From: Chitinophaga pinensis | Lineage (GTDB): Bacteria > Bacteroidota > Bacteroidia > NS11-12g > UBA955 | Assembly (NCBI GenBank): GCA_945888525.1 | Contig: CAMDAF010000006.1 | Coordinates: forward strand, 19,489-83,488 | Direction: 5' to 3' | Length of the DNA: 64,000 nt | Part shown: one piece after another, positions 8,191-17,331 of the stretch | Position numbering within the stretch: the stretch's first letter is position 1 | Layout: each line of letters opens with the position of its first letter | Notes under the pieces: generated by a model | The model's input: only the letters and a program-made list of their open reading frames with translations | Database searches by the model: none | What the model was told of the DNA's origin: nothing | Position numbers and translations under genes: made by a program

Positions 8191-9057
8191 TTAATTTCTA
8201 TTGTCCATACCCCACAACATTTTGTGGCGCAAGGTTTTTAAGAAAGTATCGCCTTCAAAACGCACCAAATTGATGTGAAAATCGGCTTTGCGAATCGCTA
8301 TTTGTATGGTTTGATCGATGGTAACCGAACGGCTGTCTAAAGAGGCTAAAAAATTGGCGCTGCGGCCTTCTATTTCAAAACTCAAAACTTGATCATCTGG
8401 AATAATAACCGGCCTTACATTTAGATTGTGCGGGGCAATTGGCGTAACCACCAAACTGGAGGATTTTGGGAACAATATAGGACCACCGCAACTCAAAGAG
8501 TAACCTGAAGAGCCGGTTGGTGTTGATACAATAAGTCCATCGGCCCAATAGGAATTCAAAGGTTCTCCATTTAAAAAGGCATGAACGGTAATCATGCTAC
8601 TGGTTTCTTTTTTATGCAAAACAAAATCGTTGAGCGCATAGTTAAAACGGAACAAATCGGCGTTGCTTTCAAGTTGTAGCAGCGAGCGTTTGTCTAATGA
8701 ATAATTACCCCCTTTAAGTTCCTTAAATGCCTGAATAAACCCGTCGGTGGATACATTGGCCAAGAAACCCAAACGGCCAGTGTTTACACCAATAATTGGC
8801 ACTTGACTATCGCCTGTTATTTCCACTGCACTAAGTATGGTACCATCGCCGCCCACACTAATCAAAAAATCAAGTTCAGCCGATTTCTTGCTGAGGTATT
8901 CAAACTCTGGCAATCCATATTTATTTTCAAGACAAGAAGCCAAATGGCTATGCAAATAAAGATCAACCTGCTCGGAAAGCAAGAAAACAATTATGTCATC
9001 CATCAACTTTACTTGTTCGGGCGTGTTAACGACTTTGGTGAATAAACCGATTTTCAT
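8191..9057 (-). CDS. nadK: NAD+ kinase
   Basis: It has the GGDGTIL motif and an NDFVL region. The 288-aa length is typical of PpnK/NadK. Confidence 0.9.
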   Translation of the reverse strand: MKIGLFTKVVNTPEQVKLMDDIIVFLLSEQVDLYLHSHLASCLENKYGLPEFEYLSKKSAELDFLISVGGDGTILSAVEITGDSQVPIIGVNTGRLGFLANVSTDGFIQAFKELKGGNYSLDKRSLLQLESNADLFRFNYALNDFVLHKKETSSMITVHAFLNGEPLNSYWADGLIVSTPTGSSGYSLSCGGPILFPKSSSLVVTPIAPHNLNVRPVIIPDDQVLSFEIEGRSANFLASLDSRSVTIDQTIQIAIRKADFHINLVRFEGDTFLKTLRHKMLWGMDNRN

Positions 9058-9175
9058 ACGCTGGCAATTTTAACTTTTACAAAACCCTGATAAGTCTTAT
9101 AAAAATACAAATTTACGGAATTGGGAGGTAGGAAGCAAACCCCCTGAATGACCTAGTAGATCATTGGTTTGCTCA

Positions 9176-9262
9176 CGCGCCCCGATGACCGACGTGGAGC
9201 TCTTGTGGCGCTTCGGCCACAAAGCCGCAGCGAAGCGGAGACAAAGGACATGGAAAGGCGCC
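9176..9262 (-). repeat. GC-rich ~87-bp repeat element (copy 1) with conserved hairpin TTGTGGC-GCTTCG-GCCACAA, 3' of ndk in sense orientation
   Basis: Its reverse complement is about 90% identical to 25643-25729. GC content is about 60% against an AT-rich background. The track ORF 9097-9279 overlapping it is not conserved in copy 2. Confidence 0.6.
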
Positions 9263-9319
9263 ATAAAAAAAGCACCCACTTTCGTAGATGCTTTCTTTAG
9301 AATTATTTTCTATAATGGT

Positions 9320-9736
9320 TTAGAAACGCTCGAATGACGAGAAAAAGAAGTTGCCTTCGATTGCTGCATTCTCGTCGCTATCGCTGCCGTGGATTGCGTT
9401 TGCGTCAATACTTACTGCATATTTTTTACGGATGGTTCCTTCTGCTGCGTTTGCAGGATTGGTTGCGCCGATTAAGTTTCTGAAATTTTCAATGGCATTG
9501 TCGCCTTCTAAAATTGCAGCAACAATAGGGCCGCTGATCATAAAGTTTACCAAATCTCTGAAGAATGGACGCTCGCTGTGAACGCCATAAAATGCCTCAG
9601 CTTGCGCTTGGGTTAATTGTAAATATTTCATCGCTTCGATTTTAAAGCCTGCAGCTAAAATATCGTCGATGATTTTTCCAGTGTGGCCATTTGCTACTGC
9701 ATCAGGCTTGATCATGGTGAAGGTTTTGTTGGTCAT
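9320..9736 (-). CDS. ndk: Nucleoside diphosphate kinase
   Basis: [23 protein letters not shown]...NAIHGSDS is canonical NDK and includes the active-site His region. Confidence 0.95.
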   Translation of the reverse strand: MTNKTFTMIKPDAVANGHTGKIIDDILAAGFKIEAMKYLQLTQAQAEAFYGVHSERPFFRDLVNFMISGPIVAAILEGDNAIENFRNLIGATNPANAAEGTIRKKYAVSIDANAIHGSDSDENAAIEGNFFFSSFERF

Positions 9737-9875
9737 TTTTCTCTTATTGGTCTTTTAAAACGGCTGCAAAATTAAGTATTTATTGCCTAAAAACCGAAGA
9801 AATTTAGAAAATATGCCCATACAAAACGACAAAAATCGAATTATAAAGGATTTGAGATTCAAAATCCAAAAACGC

Positions 9876-10766
9876 TTAATCTTTTTGTTTGGTGTAAAAA
9901 CGCTCCCACAAATCTTGAATAATCCCATCTTTCAGTCCGTGGTATGGCGTTAAAATATCTGTTATATTGGTGCGTTCAAAAATATCCATATAAATCCTAC
10001 CGGCCACATCGATTACCTCGGCGCGGTCTGGATTCAACTTTAAATGGTAAACCCTTTCATGCAAATCGATGGCTTCAATGTCTTCGGTTAACTCAACCAA
10101 TTTTTGCAGTTTCAAATAATTGCCTTGGGTCACACCAGCAAGTTCTCCAAATTTATGAATGTTTCCTCCTGTACCTACGCCCTTTAATTTGGGCACCCAG
10201 GTTACATGCTCTTTAATCCATGCATGCATTTTATCGTATTCTTCAGGTTTGATTTTATTTTCTCTTGCCCTTACCGTTCCTATGTTAAAACTCTTTCCAA
10301 CCAAAGCTTTGTTCTCTTGAATTAAGGTCAACTCGGTACTACCGCCTCCAACATCCACGTGCAAAAATGTTTCTGCTTTGGGCAGTAAATGCAAAAAGGC
10401 ATTCATTATGAGTTTGCTCTCTGCATTGCCAGTAATAATATCGATGGTAATACCAGTTTCTTTCTTAATGAGCTTAACTATCTTATCTGAATTCTTCGCA
10501 TCGCGCATGGCGCTTGTTGCGCAGGCTCTATAAAAATCAACATTGTAAATGTCTAACAACAAACTGAAAGCTTTTACCGCTTTGGTTAACAAGTCTAATT
10601 TCTTTTTACCGATTTCTTTGGTGCTAAACACATCATCACCCAAACGGATTGGCAAACGGGTAAATTCAACCTTTTTCCATTCAGGCTTTAGTGTATCTTC
10701 TTGTAAAGGCCTTGATATCAAAAGCCTTACTCCGTTGGAACCAATGTCTATTGCACCGAATTTCAT
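9876..10766 (-). CDS. Ppx/GppA family phosphatase (exopolyphosphatase / pppGpp phosphohydrolase-like)
   Basis: MKFGAIDIGSNGVRLLI is the characteristic Ppx/GppA N-terminus. The track start at 10775 is a TTG. ATG 10766 is more likely. Confidence 0.7.
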   Translation of the reverse strand: MKFGAIDIGSNGVRLLISRPLQEDTLKPEWKKVEFTRLPIRLGDDVFSTKEIGKKKLDLLTKAVKAFSLLLDIYNVDFYRACATSAMRDAKNSDKIVKLIKKETGITIDIITGNAESKLIMNAFLHLLPKAETFLHVDVGGGSTELTLIQENKALVGKSFNIGTVRARENKIKPEEYDKMHAWIKEHVTWVPKLKGVGTGGNIHKFGELAGVTQGNYLKLQKLVELTEDIEAIDLHERVYHLKLNPDRAEVIDVAGRIYMDIFERTNITDILTPYHGLKDGIIQDLWERFYTKQKD

Positions 10767-10809
10767 TACATGCAATAATACATCTATTTTTCAAACAATA
10801 AAGTGACTT

Positions 10810-11091
10810 TTACTTTACTTTTAAGTTATTTTCCAGATAGGTGATTCCTCTTGCTGTGAGGGTAAAACTATAGCCATTTAGATGATCAGAATCATATAAA
10901 ATCCCTGAGGTGGTATCGTTCTCGATATCACGGTAAGGACGGGCGTAATCTTTGACAATTAAATTCTTTAATTCGTCGGCAATCGCATAATGACTGAATT
11001 TCGGCAACTCAGACACCATTTGCTCGAAGGTTTCTTCAAAGACTAAAAGTGAAATTATTTGTTCGGCCAGCGGATCAAGTTGTTCTTCCAT
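10810..11091 (-). CDS. Hypothetical 93-aa protein
   Basis: It is an ATG-initiated ORF co-directional with the Ppx/GppA gene. Its start overlaps the upstream small ORF by 17 nt. Confidence 0.45.
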   Translation of the reverse strand: MEEQLDPLAEQIISLLVFEETFEQMVSELPKFSHYAIADELKNLIVKDYARPYRDIENDTTSGILYDSDHLNGYSFTLTARGITYLENNLKVK

Positions 11092-11257
11092 TTGAATTGC
11101 GTTTGCTTATTGGCACATTTTTATGTGCGTAGGGACAATGTTTGCAAGCGCAGCCGCAGCAATTTCCTCGCTTCAGATGGTAGGCCTCTGTAAAAACCAT
11201 AAACCCATTTTTATCAAAGTAATAATCTTCGTTTTCCAACGCTTGTTTCACTGCACA
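11075..11257 (-). CDS. Small cysteine-rich protein (...LYFDKNGFMVFTEAYHLKRGNCCGCACKHCPY...), not in the ORF track
   Basis: The minus-strand frame is open from TTG 11257 (or ATG 11200) to TGA 11075. A CCGCACKHC cluster resembles small Cys-rich proteins common in Bacteroidetes. The start codon is uncertain, because the TTG lies inside a possible TATATTTG -7 motif. Confidence 0.4.
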   Translation of the reverse strand, partial: CAVKQALENEDYYFDKNGFMVFTEAYHLKRGNCCGCACKHCPYAHKNVPISKRNSNGRTT

Positions 11258-11354
11258 AATATACTAAGGCTTAGAGATTTATTTATCGCAAAATTCTATA
11301 CCATAATTTGCGCGCTCGATGTTTAAAACAAATTTAGAACATATTGTTTTTTAT

Positions 11355-11362
11355 TATCTTTG
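11355..11362 (+). promoter_or_regulatory. -7 promoter element TATCTTTG upstream of gene 11372
   Basis: It matches TAnnTTTG 10 nt upstream of the ATG. Confidence 0.3.
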
Positions 11363-11371
11363 TATGCCTTC

Positions 11372-12565
11372 ATGAAACTTTACATTTTTATATTAACCGC
11401 CATTTCTTTACCCGCTTCTTTGCCTGCGCAATGGAAAAAAATTAGCAATCCTTCAAGCAACAAAGACCTATATGATGTGCAAATAATCGGAAAAACAGCC
11501 TATACAGTTGGCCAAAACAGTGCTTTGTTAAAATCTGTCGACACCGGCAAATCTTGGAGCAACATCAGCCTTAGCATTCCGCAAAACATGCGCGCAGTTT
11601 TTTTCATTAACAAAGACACGGGGTTTATTGTTGGTGAAAACGCCCGCATACAAAAAACAATGAATGGAGGCAGTACTTGGTCGCAAAAATATGTGCGCAC
11701 GGCTGCTTATGGTTACGACATTCACTTTCGTGGACAATATGGAATAGCAGTGGGCAAAGACATGCTTGCGGTGAGCAGCAACAACATGGGTGAAACATGG
11801 GCCGTTGACACCACCTTTATTTCCAACAAATGCTTAAACAGTGCCTGCATTCTCCCCAATGGCCAATGCTGGGCTGTGGGCGACAGTGGCTATATTCTCA
11901 ACAAACACATCAGCAGAAGGCTATGGGTAAATAAAAAATACAACAGCAAGATTAATTTTAACAGCATTTTAGCAATAAGCGATTCAATTCTCATCATTTG
12001 CGGAGGCATGCCCGATAGCGCCACTGCTGGGAAATTCCAAAACATCCTTTTATTAAGTTCAAATGGTGGAAACAGCTTTTCTCAAAGCAGTTTACCTGAA
12101 ATGAAAATCCCAAACTGCGTGTATTTCTTTAATTCCGATACAGGATTTATCTGCGGAAGCAATGGTTTAATTTCAAAATCATACCAAGCCTTAAGCAATA
12201 GAGGCCTTCAAATTACGGGATCTGCCTCCTCCCTAAATTCAATCTTTTTTGAGCATAACATTGGCTTAAGCGTTGGTGATGGTGGCAGTATTTACCGAAC
12301 AAGCAACAGAGGTGGGTATGGATTAAGTGTTAGCAGCAATAGGGAAATACCATTTTTAGTCTATCCCAATCCAAGCACAGGTGTATGCGCAATCGGCAGC
12401 TTTAAAGAGATAGAAAATATTAAAGTTTATAATACACTTGGCGAAGAAATTCCATTTGAAATGAATGCTGATTTATCTCAAATTCGCATTGATACAAAGG
12501 GTCTTTTTATGCTCCAAATACAAAGCAAAGACTCTGTTTACCGTCAAAATATTTTGGTTTATTAA
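11372..12565 (+). CDS. Secreted BNR/Ycf48-like repeat protein with T9SS C-terminal sorting domain
   Basis: It has a signal peptide (MKLYIFILTAISLPASLPAQW), repeated GKSW/GGSTW/GETW motifs, and the C-terminus LVYPNPSTGVCAIGSF...IKVYNTLGEEI typical of the Por secretion CTD. Confidence 0.6.
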   Translation: MKLYIFILTAISLPASLPAQWKKISNPSSNKDLYDVQIIGKTAYTVGQNSALLKSVDTGKSWSNISLSIPQNMRAVFFINKDTGFIVGENARIQKTMNGGSTWSQKYVRTAAYGYDIHFRGQYGIAVGKDMLAVSSNNMGETWAVDTTFISNKCLNSACILPNGQCWAVGDSGYILNKHISRRLWVNKKYNSKINFNSILAISDSILIICGGMPDSATAGKFQNILLLSSNGGNSFSQSSLPEMKIPNCVYFFNSDTGFICGSNGLISKSYQALSNRGLQITGSASSLNSIFFEHNIGLSVGDGGSIYRTSNRGGYGLSVSSNREIPFLVYPNPSTGVCAIGSFKEIENIKVYNTLGEEIPFEMNADLSQIRIDTKGLFMLQIQSKDSVYRQNILVY

Positions 12566-13389
12566 GGCTCAGTAACCAATTCACTAATAACCGGATTGAT
12601 TCTCGAAAACCGCACCTTCACTTTTTTCAAATCGTAGTAAGCCTCTTTAGGAATGTATTCTGCTCTTCGGGCAATCAACTCGCCATTAACGGAGTAATAA
12701 TATTCGAGTTCGTTGGCAAAAAACTTTACCCGATCGATGTCGCAGGTTTCATAAAAATAGGAAAGGTGAACCGTCTTGGTTATTTTCATTAAGCCCAAAA
12801 ACAAAATTGGCGTAACAAAAAACAAAAATAGAAATATACGCACGGACCCACCATCGCTGTTATAAGGCTCTATGCGCATGGCTTTTTTAAAGGTTCTGCG
12901 TTTGTAAATATTTTCTGCACTTTGATACGCTCCAAGACCGAAAATAAATCCACCAAGCACATTGTATAGAATTTTATAGTTGAGCAGGTTGATAAACCAA
13001 TGGTTGTAACACATCAATATTCCGCTGAAGAACAGCATCATGGATACCAAAAATCTATACTTATGCGGAAAATCATTCTCGGCTTTTAAAAACGCTTCGA
13101 CAAACCGCTTGCGCTTGTTCTCTTTATGTGTCCTAACCTTTTGGCGCGTTATCTCCTCTTTGCTTGGCTTCGGAACTTCGTTAGGTTTGGCTGTATAATA
13201 CCCTTTTAGGGCATTGTCGTATAGTATTTTATCGTCGGGCTCAGACAATATATTATAACCTTGGGTCAGAATTTTAAAGTATTCTTCGGCGTGTTTGTTG
13301 TTTGGATTGAGATCGGGGTGGTACAATTTCGCCAATTCGCGGTAGCGCTTCTTCACCGTTTCTATGTCAGAAAACGATTCAATTTCCAT
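12562..13389 (-). CDS. DnaJ (J-domain) protein with C-terminal membrane segments
   Basis: The J-domain reads YRELAKLYHPDLNP...YFKILTQGYNILSEP, with an HPD motif. The track start 13416 is TTG. ATG 13389 gives the standard J-domain N-terminus. Confidence 0.7.
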   Translation of the reverse strand: MEIESFSDIETVKKRYRELAKLYHPDLNPNNKHAEEYFKILTQGYNILSEPDDKILYDNALKGYYTAKPNEVPKPSKEEITRQKVRTHKENKRKRFVEAFLKAENDFPHKYRFLVSMMLFFSGILMCYNHWFINLLNYKILYNVLGGFIFGLGAYQSAENIYKRRTFKKAMRIEPYNSDGGSVRIFLFLFFVTPILFLGLMKITKTVHLSYFYETCDIDRVKFFANELEYYYSVNGELIARRAEYIPKEAYYDLKKVKVRFSRINPVISELVTEP

Positions 13390-13670
13390 GAGGATGTAAT
13401 AGTTGTGCTCGACCAAATTATTTCTTTCTAAACTTTAAAACTTAATCAGCGCTTGTGGGATAACGTTGTTTTACAGCGCAAATAATTTAAACATTTTAAA
13501 ACCGCTTTTGGTTTGATTAAAGCCTTTTAAATAAATTAATAAGATGACAAATATATTAAATTTTGTTATATTCAATTACATTTTAGTGGGCTTGCTATCG
13601 AAAAGAAGCCTTTTAGAAGAAGTTTAGCCCCCTAACAATTATTTGGTACGGTTTTCGTTTAAAAATTAAT

Positions 13671-15038
13671 ATGTTCAAGTCGTTTTTATTTCTCATCATT
13701 TCACTGCCCATTTTTGCCCATGCACAATTGCAAGCAGACAAAACGGTACACGATTTTGGAAACATCACCTATTTCAACAACGATACTGCTTACTTTATAT
13801 TCAGTAATTCAGGTAGCAAAACCATCTACCTTTTGCCTACTCAACCCAAGGATAATTACGCTGTGTTTTGCAGCAGTAAAACCATAGCTCCCGGCAGCAG
13901 TATGCGCATTGGCATAGCGTATTACACCGACAAAAAAGGAAGTTTTAACCAAGACATCCAATTGTATTTTAGCAACAACAACACACCCACTGTTTTAAAA
14001 ATAAAAGGAAACATCAAATCGATTCGAGAAACCGCATTTAGTATTTGTCCTTCAATTGAAAACAGCCGTCCATTAAAAAACGAGCAAATACCTTTGAGCA
14101 TTACAGTGCGCGATGCCAGCACGTCTCAAATAATTAAAATCGCACAATTAAAAGTGCAGAAAAACCACATCGACTACAATTGTGTGCCGGGCTTTGAATC
14201 TTGGAACTACAAATGCAAAGTCGACTATGGCATAGTGGCTGTGTATGCATCAAAAAAAGGATATACCAGCAATGCAATTGATTATAACTATTCAGAGAAA
14301 AACCACGACTGTGTTATATTCTTAACACCACTAATAGACAGTACTGAGAAAGATCCTGTTTTAATTACAGAGAAAAAAAAGGCCGAAAAAATAAAAGGCA
14401 AAGACAGCATTGTTGTGCCTGAAATTCCAGTTTATGTGCCAGTAGCGTACGCTGATTCAGGATTTAATTCTTACAAATATAAACCCAACCATTTAATTTT
14501 TATCATTGATATTAGTGGCAGTATGCGCGATTCAGGCAAATTGAATTACCTTAAAAAGTCGATTAAAGAATTGACTTCACTTATCCGCCCTGGCGACTAT
14601 ATCACGCTTATTACCTATACCAACAAAGTGCGGGTGGTATTCGAAAACCTAAGTGGTCTCGAACGCCACGCCATCGACCGAGCCATCGATACACTAAAAG
14701 CAGGAGGTGGTAGCAATGGTTCTCAAAGTTTGCTTGTTGCCTACGATCTAGCCAAAAAACATTTTATTCAAAATGGAAACAACCAAGTATTTATAGCTAC
14801 AGACGGTCTGCTAAACAGCAGTAAATTGAGCAATGAAGACTTGTATAAATTGGCATCCAAAGCATACCGACAGGACAAGATCATATTATCGAGCATCGGA
14901 TTTGGGCAAGATCTAAAAGCGATAGACTTTTTACAAAAATTAGCCAAACACGGGCATGGCAATTTTATACGCATTAACAACCCTTATGCAGATATAAAAA
15001 ACCTGATTGAAGAAGTTAAAATGCAGTGTAAAATTTAA
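13671..15038 (+). CDS. Secreted von Willebrand factor type A (vWA) domain protein with N-terminal DUF1573-like domain
   Basis: It has a signal peptide, an N-terminal HDFGNI motif, and a MIDAS motif (DISGSM ... ATDG). Confidence 0.65.
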   Translation: MFKSFLFLIISLPIFAHAQLQADKTVHDFGNITYFNNDTAYFIFSNSGSKTIYLLPTQPKDNYAVFCSSKTIAPGSSMRIGIAYYTDKKGSFNQDIQLYFSNNNTPTVLKIKGNIKSIRETAFSICPSIENSRPLKNEQIPLSITVRDASTSQIIKIAQLKVQKNHIDYNCVPGFESWNYKCKVDYGIVAVYASKKGYTSNAIDYNYSEKNHDCVIFLTPLIDSTEKDPVLITEKKKAEKIKGKDSIVVPEIPVYVPVAYADSGFNSYKYKPNHLIFIIDISGSMRDSGKLNYLKKSIKELTSLIRPGDYITLITYTNKVRVVFENLSGLERHAIDRAIDTLKAGGGSNGSQSLLVAYDLAKKHFIQNGNNQVFIATDGLLNSSKLSNEDLYKLASKAYRQDKIILSSIGFGQDLKAIDFLQKLAKHGHGNFIRINNPYADIKNLIEEVKMQCKI

Positions 15039-15177
15039 CAGCTAATTTGATTCCTACCCTCAAGCAAAACACAAGACAAAAACCTTGTCCAAAATTCTTG
15101 TCACCTGTCGACAAGTAATACACCAAACAGAAAGAAAGAAGAAGTTTATAAACTTACTTTGTAATTTTACACGCAAG

Positions 15178-16080
15178 ATGAAACATCTAATAATTCTCTG
15201 CTTCTTTGCTATCACATTTGCAGCCTCTGCAATGCCAAATGATTCTATCGGAACTAAAACAGTTGACGGTAAACTTTACATCTTGCACAAAGTGAGCAAG
15301 GGTGAGGGCGTTTATGGAATCGGGAAAAAATATGGTGTTCCTGCAGCAGAAATTTTTGCGTCCAACGAAGGGTCTCAGCAATCTATTCAAATTGGACAAG
15401 TCTTGATGATTCCAAAAGGCGAATCTTCATCTTCTTCAAGCAGCACCGCACAAGTAACAAGCACAAGCACCAAAACAGAAAAGGTTTACCATACAGTTGC
15501 GAAAGGTCAAACACTTTCTTTAATTGCAAAAACACACAACACCACCATTACAAAAATTAAGGACATGAACAACCTTAAGTCAGATAATATCCAATTGGGT
15601 CAAAAATTGGTGGTAGGCGAAAAAACAATCACAGTGGCCACAACAGTAAAACCGGCTGCGCCTTCTAAACCAATAGCCAAACCAGCCGCAGCTGTCGAAA
15701 CCCCAGTTGTAAAACCAGCAGAGCACAACAATGTGGTGGTGAACACTCCAATTGTTGCAGAATCGCCGCTAGCAGAAAGCCCCGGCACAATAAACACCAC
15801 ATACAACACAGACGATGGTGATGAGATTTCAGAAAAAGGAACCGCTACAATTTCTAGTGAAGGTGAATTAAGTCAAGAAAGAAGTTTTATTTTACACCCA
15901 AGTGCTAAAATTGGCACCATAGTAATGATTACCAATACCAGCAACAACAACACTGTTTTTGCACGTGTTGTTGGCAGCTGCAAAGCAGAAGATGGGGTCA
16001 TCTTAAAAATGAGTAAAACTGTAGCTGCTAAATTGGGTGTTTCTGACAACACCGAAGTTAAAGTTAGCTACGCAAAATAA
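15178..16080 (+). CDS. LysM-domain peptidoglycan-binding protein (two LysM repeats, C-terminal RlpA-like barrel)
   Basis: Signal peptide MKHLIILCFFAITFAASA. The LysM motifs are YILHKVSKGEGVYGIGKKYGV...IQIGQVLMIP and YHTVAKGQTLSLIAKTHN...LGQKLVV. The track start at 15085 is TTG. Confidence 0.65.
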   Translation: MKHLIILCFFAITFAASAMPNDSIGTKTVDGKLYILHKVSKGEGVYGIGKKYGVPAAEIFASNEGSQQSIQIGQVLMIPKGESSSSSSSTAQVTSTSTKTEKVYHTVAKGQTLSLIAKTHNTTITKIKDMNNLKSDNIQLGQKLVVGEKTITVATTVKPAAPSKPIAKPAAAVETPVVKPAEHNNVVVNTPIVAESPLAESPGTINTTYNTDDGDEISEKGTATISSEGELSQERSFILHPSAKIGTIVMITNTSNNNTVFARVVGSCKAEDGVILKMSKTVAAKLGVSDNTEVKVSYAK

Positions 16081-16098
16081 TTTCACAAGTCCGTTTCT

Positions 16099-17331
16099 AT
16101 GCGCAAAGAATGGATGCAAATAGCAACGGTGTTTCTTTGGGGAATCTTGGCGTTTTCATTCTCCTTATCCCCAGCACTAATTAGCATTTCTTTTATTGGC
16201 CTCTCGATAATAGGAATCTTGCAATTTAAGTTTAGGGAATTTTCGAAATTCGAAAACGCAATATCCTTACTTTTTGTTTTATTTTTTCTGAGCTCTGCCG
16301 CATCCTTTTTGTACTCTCAAAATACTGAGGAGGCAAGTAGGAAATTAATTTTAAAACTTCCTATCCTATGCTTTCCACTTGTATTTAATGCCCTAAAAAA
16401 ATCCGAAAGCAAGCATTTTATAAGTATGGTACTTATTGGTCTGTATGCTATGTACCTACCGGCGATTGTTAGTGTTTACAATTACTTATCTAACAAGACC
16501 CTATTCGACCAATTGATACTTGAATCGAAGCCCTTGCCCATCGAATTTGGCTATGGCATTTACCACATACAATTTTCGATCATATTGGCAATCTCAATTG
16601 TTTTTGCTGTGTATCTTTTGTTGCAACGGAAGGAATGGAATTTGAGTAAAATAAACGTAAGTGTTATTTCAGTTATAGGTTTATCCAACTTTATTTTTCT
16701 ACATATCCTGTCTGCTAGAACTGGGCTATTAGCAATGTATTTTGGGCTATTGATTATTCTTCTACCCGTTCTTTTTAAATTGCCCTTACGCAACAAAATT
16801 ATAGCCATCAGTTTGGGCCTTACATTGCCCCTGATCATGTTCGCAATGAGCAGCTCTTTGCGCAATAGAGTAAGCAATACGCTTGCCGATTTTGAAGTCG
16901 CTTGGAACGGCAAAGATGCCAACGACTACTCATTTGCAATGCGGGTACAAGCATGGAAAAACGCCGTTCAAGTAATCAAGAAAAACCCCATCTTGGGAAT
17001 TGGCATAGGAGATGCAGACAAAGAGCTTCAAGAAAACTTTGCGCAAATGAACAGCAGCATTACCCCAGCAAACCGCAAAAATCCACATTTACAATTTTTA
17101 GAAACAGCCTCACAAAGTGGATTGATATCAGCAAGTTTATACCTGCTCATTGTGCTTTCCTCCATATTTGGACAATCAAATAAAAATTACATATTGGCAT
17201 CCATGGCCTTGCTTTTATTTCTAGCCTCTTGTTTTGAAAGCATACTTGAGCGACAAGTAAGTGTGGTGGCCTTCAGCGCATTTATGGCGCTAGCATTGGC
17301 ACTCGGAAACAAGAACCCAAAAGAAAGCTAA
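16099..17331 (+). CDS. O-antigen ligase/polymerase (Wzy_C)-like polytopic membrane protein
   Basis: The 410-aa protein has about 10 TM helices with a central loop. The family call rests on topology and size. Confidence 0.45.
   Translation: MRKEWMQIATVFLWGILAFSFSLSPALISISFIGLSIIGILQFKFREFSKFENAISLLFVLFFLSSAASFLYSQNTEEASRKLILKLPILCFPLVFNALKKSESKHFISMVLIGLYAMYLPAIVSVYNYLSNKTLFDQLILESKPLPIEFGYGIYHIQFSIILAISIVFAVYLLLQRKEWNLSKINVSVISVIGLSNFIFLHILSARTGLLAMYFGLLIILLPVLFKLPLRNKIIAISLGLTLPLIMFAMSSSLRNRVSNTLADFEVAWNGKDANDYSFAMRVQAWKNAVQVIKKNPILGIGIGDADKELQENFAQMNSSITPANRKNPHLQFLETASQSGLISASLYLLIVLSSIFGQSNKNYILASMALLLFLASCFESILERQVSVVAFSAFMALALALGNKNPKES

Noticed and set aside
9097-9279. 60-aa minus-strand ORF (MGAFFMAPFHVL...)
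   Set aside because: It overlaps the GC-rich repeat element. The second copy of the element (25643-25729) lacks the ATG and reading frame, so the conservation is at the nucleotide or RNA level, not the protein level.
10810-11257. Programmed +1 frameshift fusing the Cys-rich ORF to the 93-aa ORF
   Set aside because: The overlap (…ACU UGA U…) does not resemble a known shifty stop context (for example CUU UGA C). Simple translational coupling of two genes is the more economical explanation.
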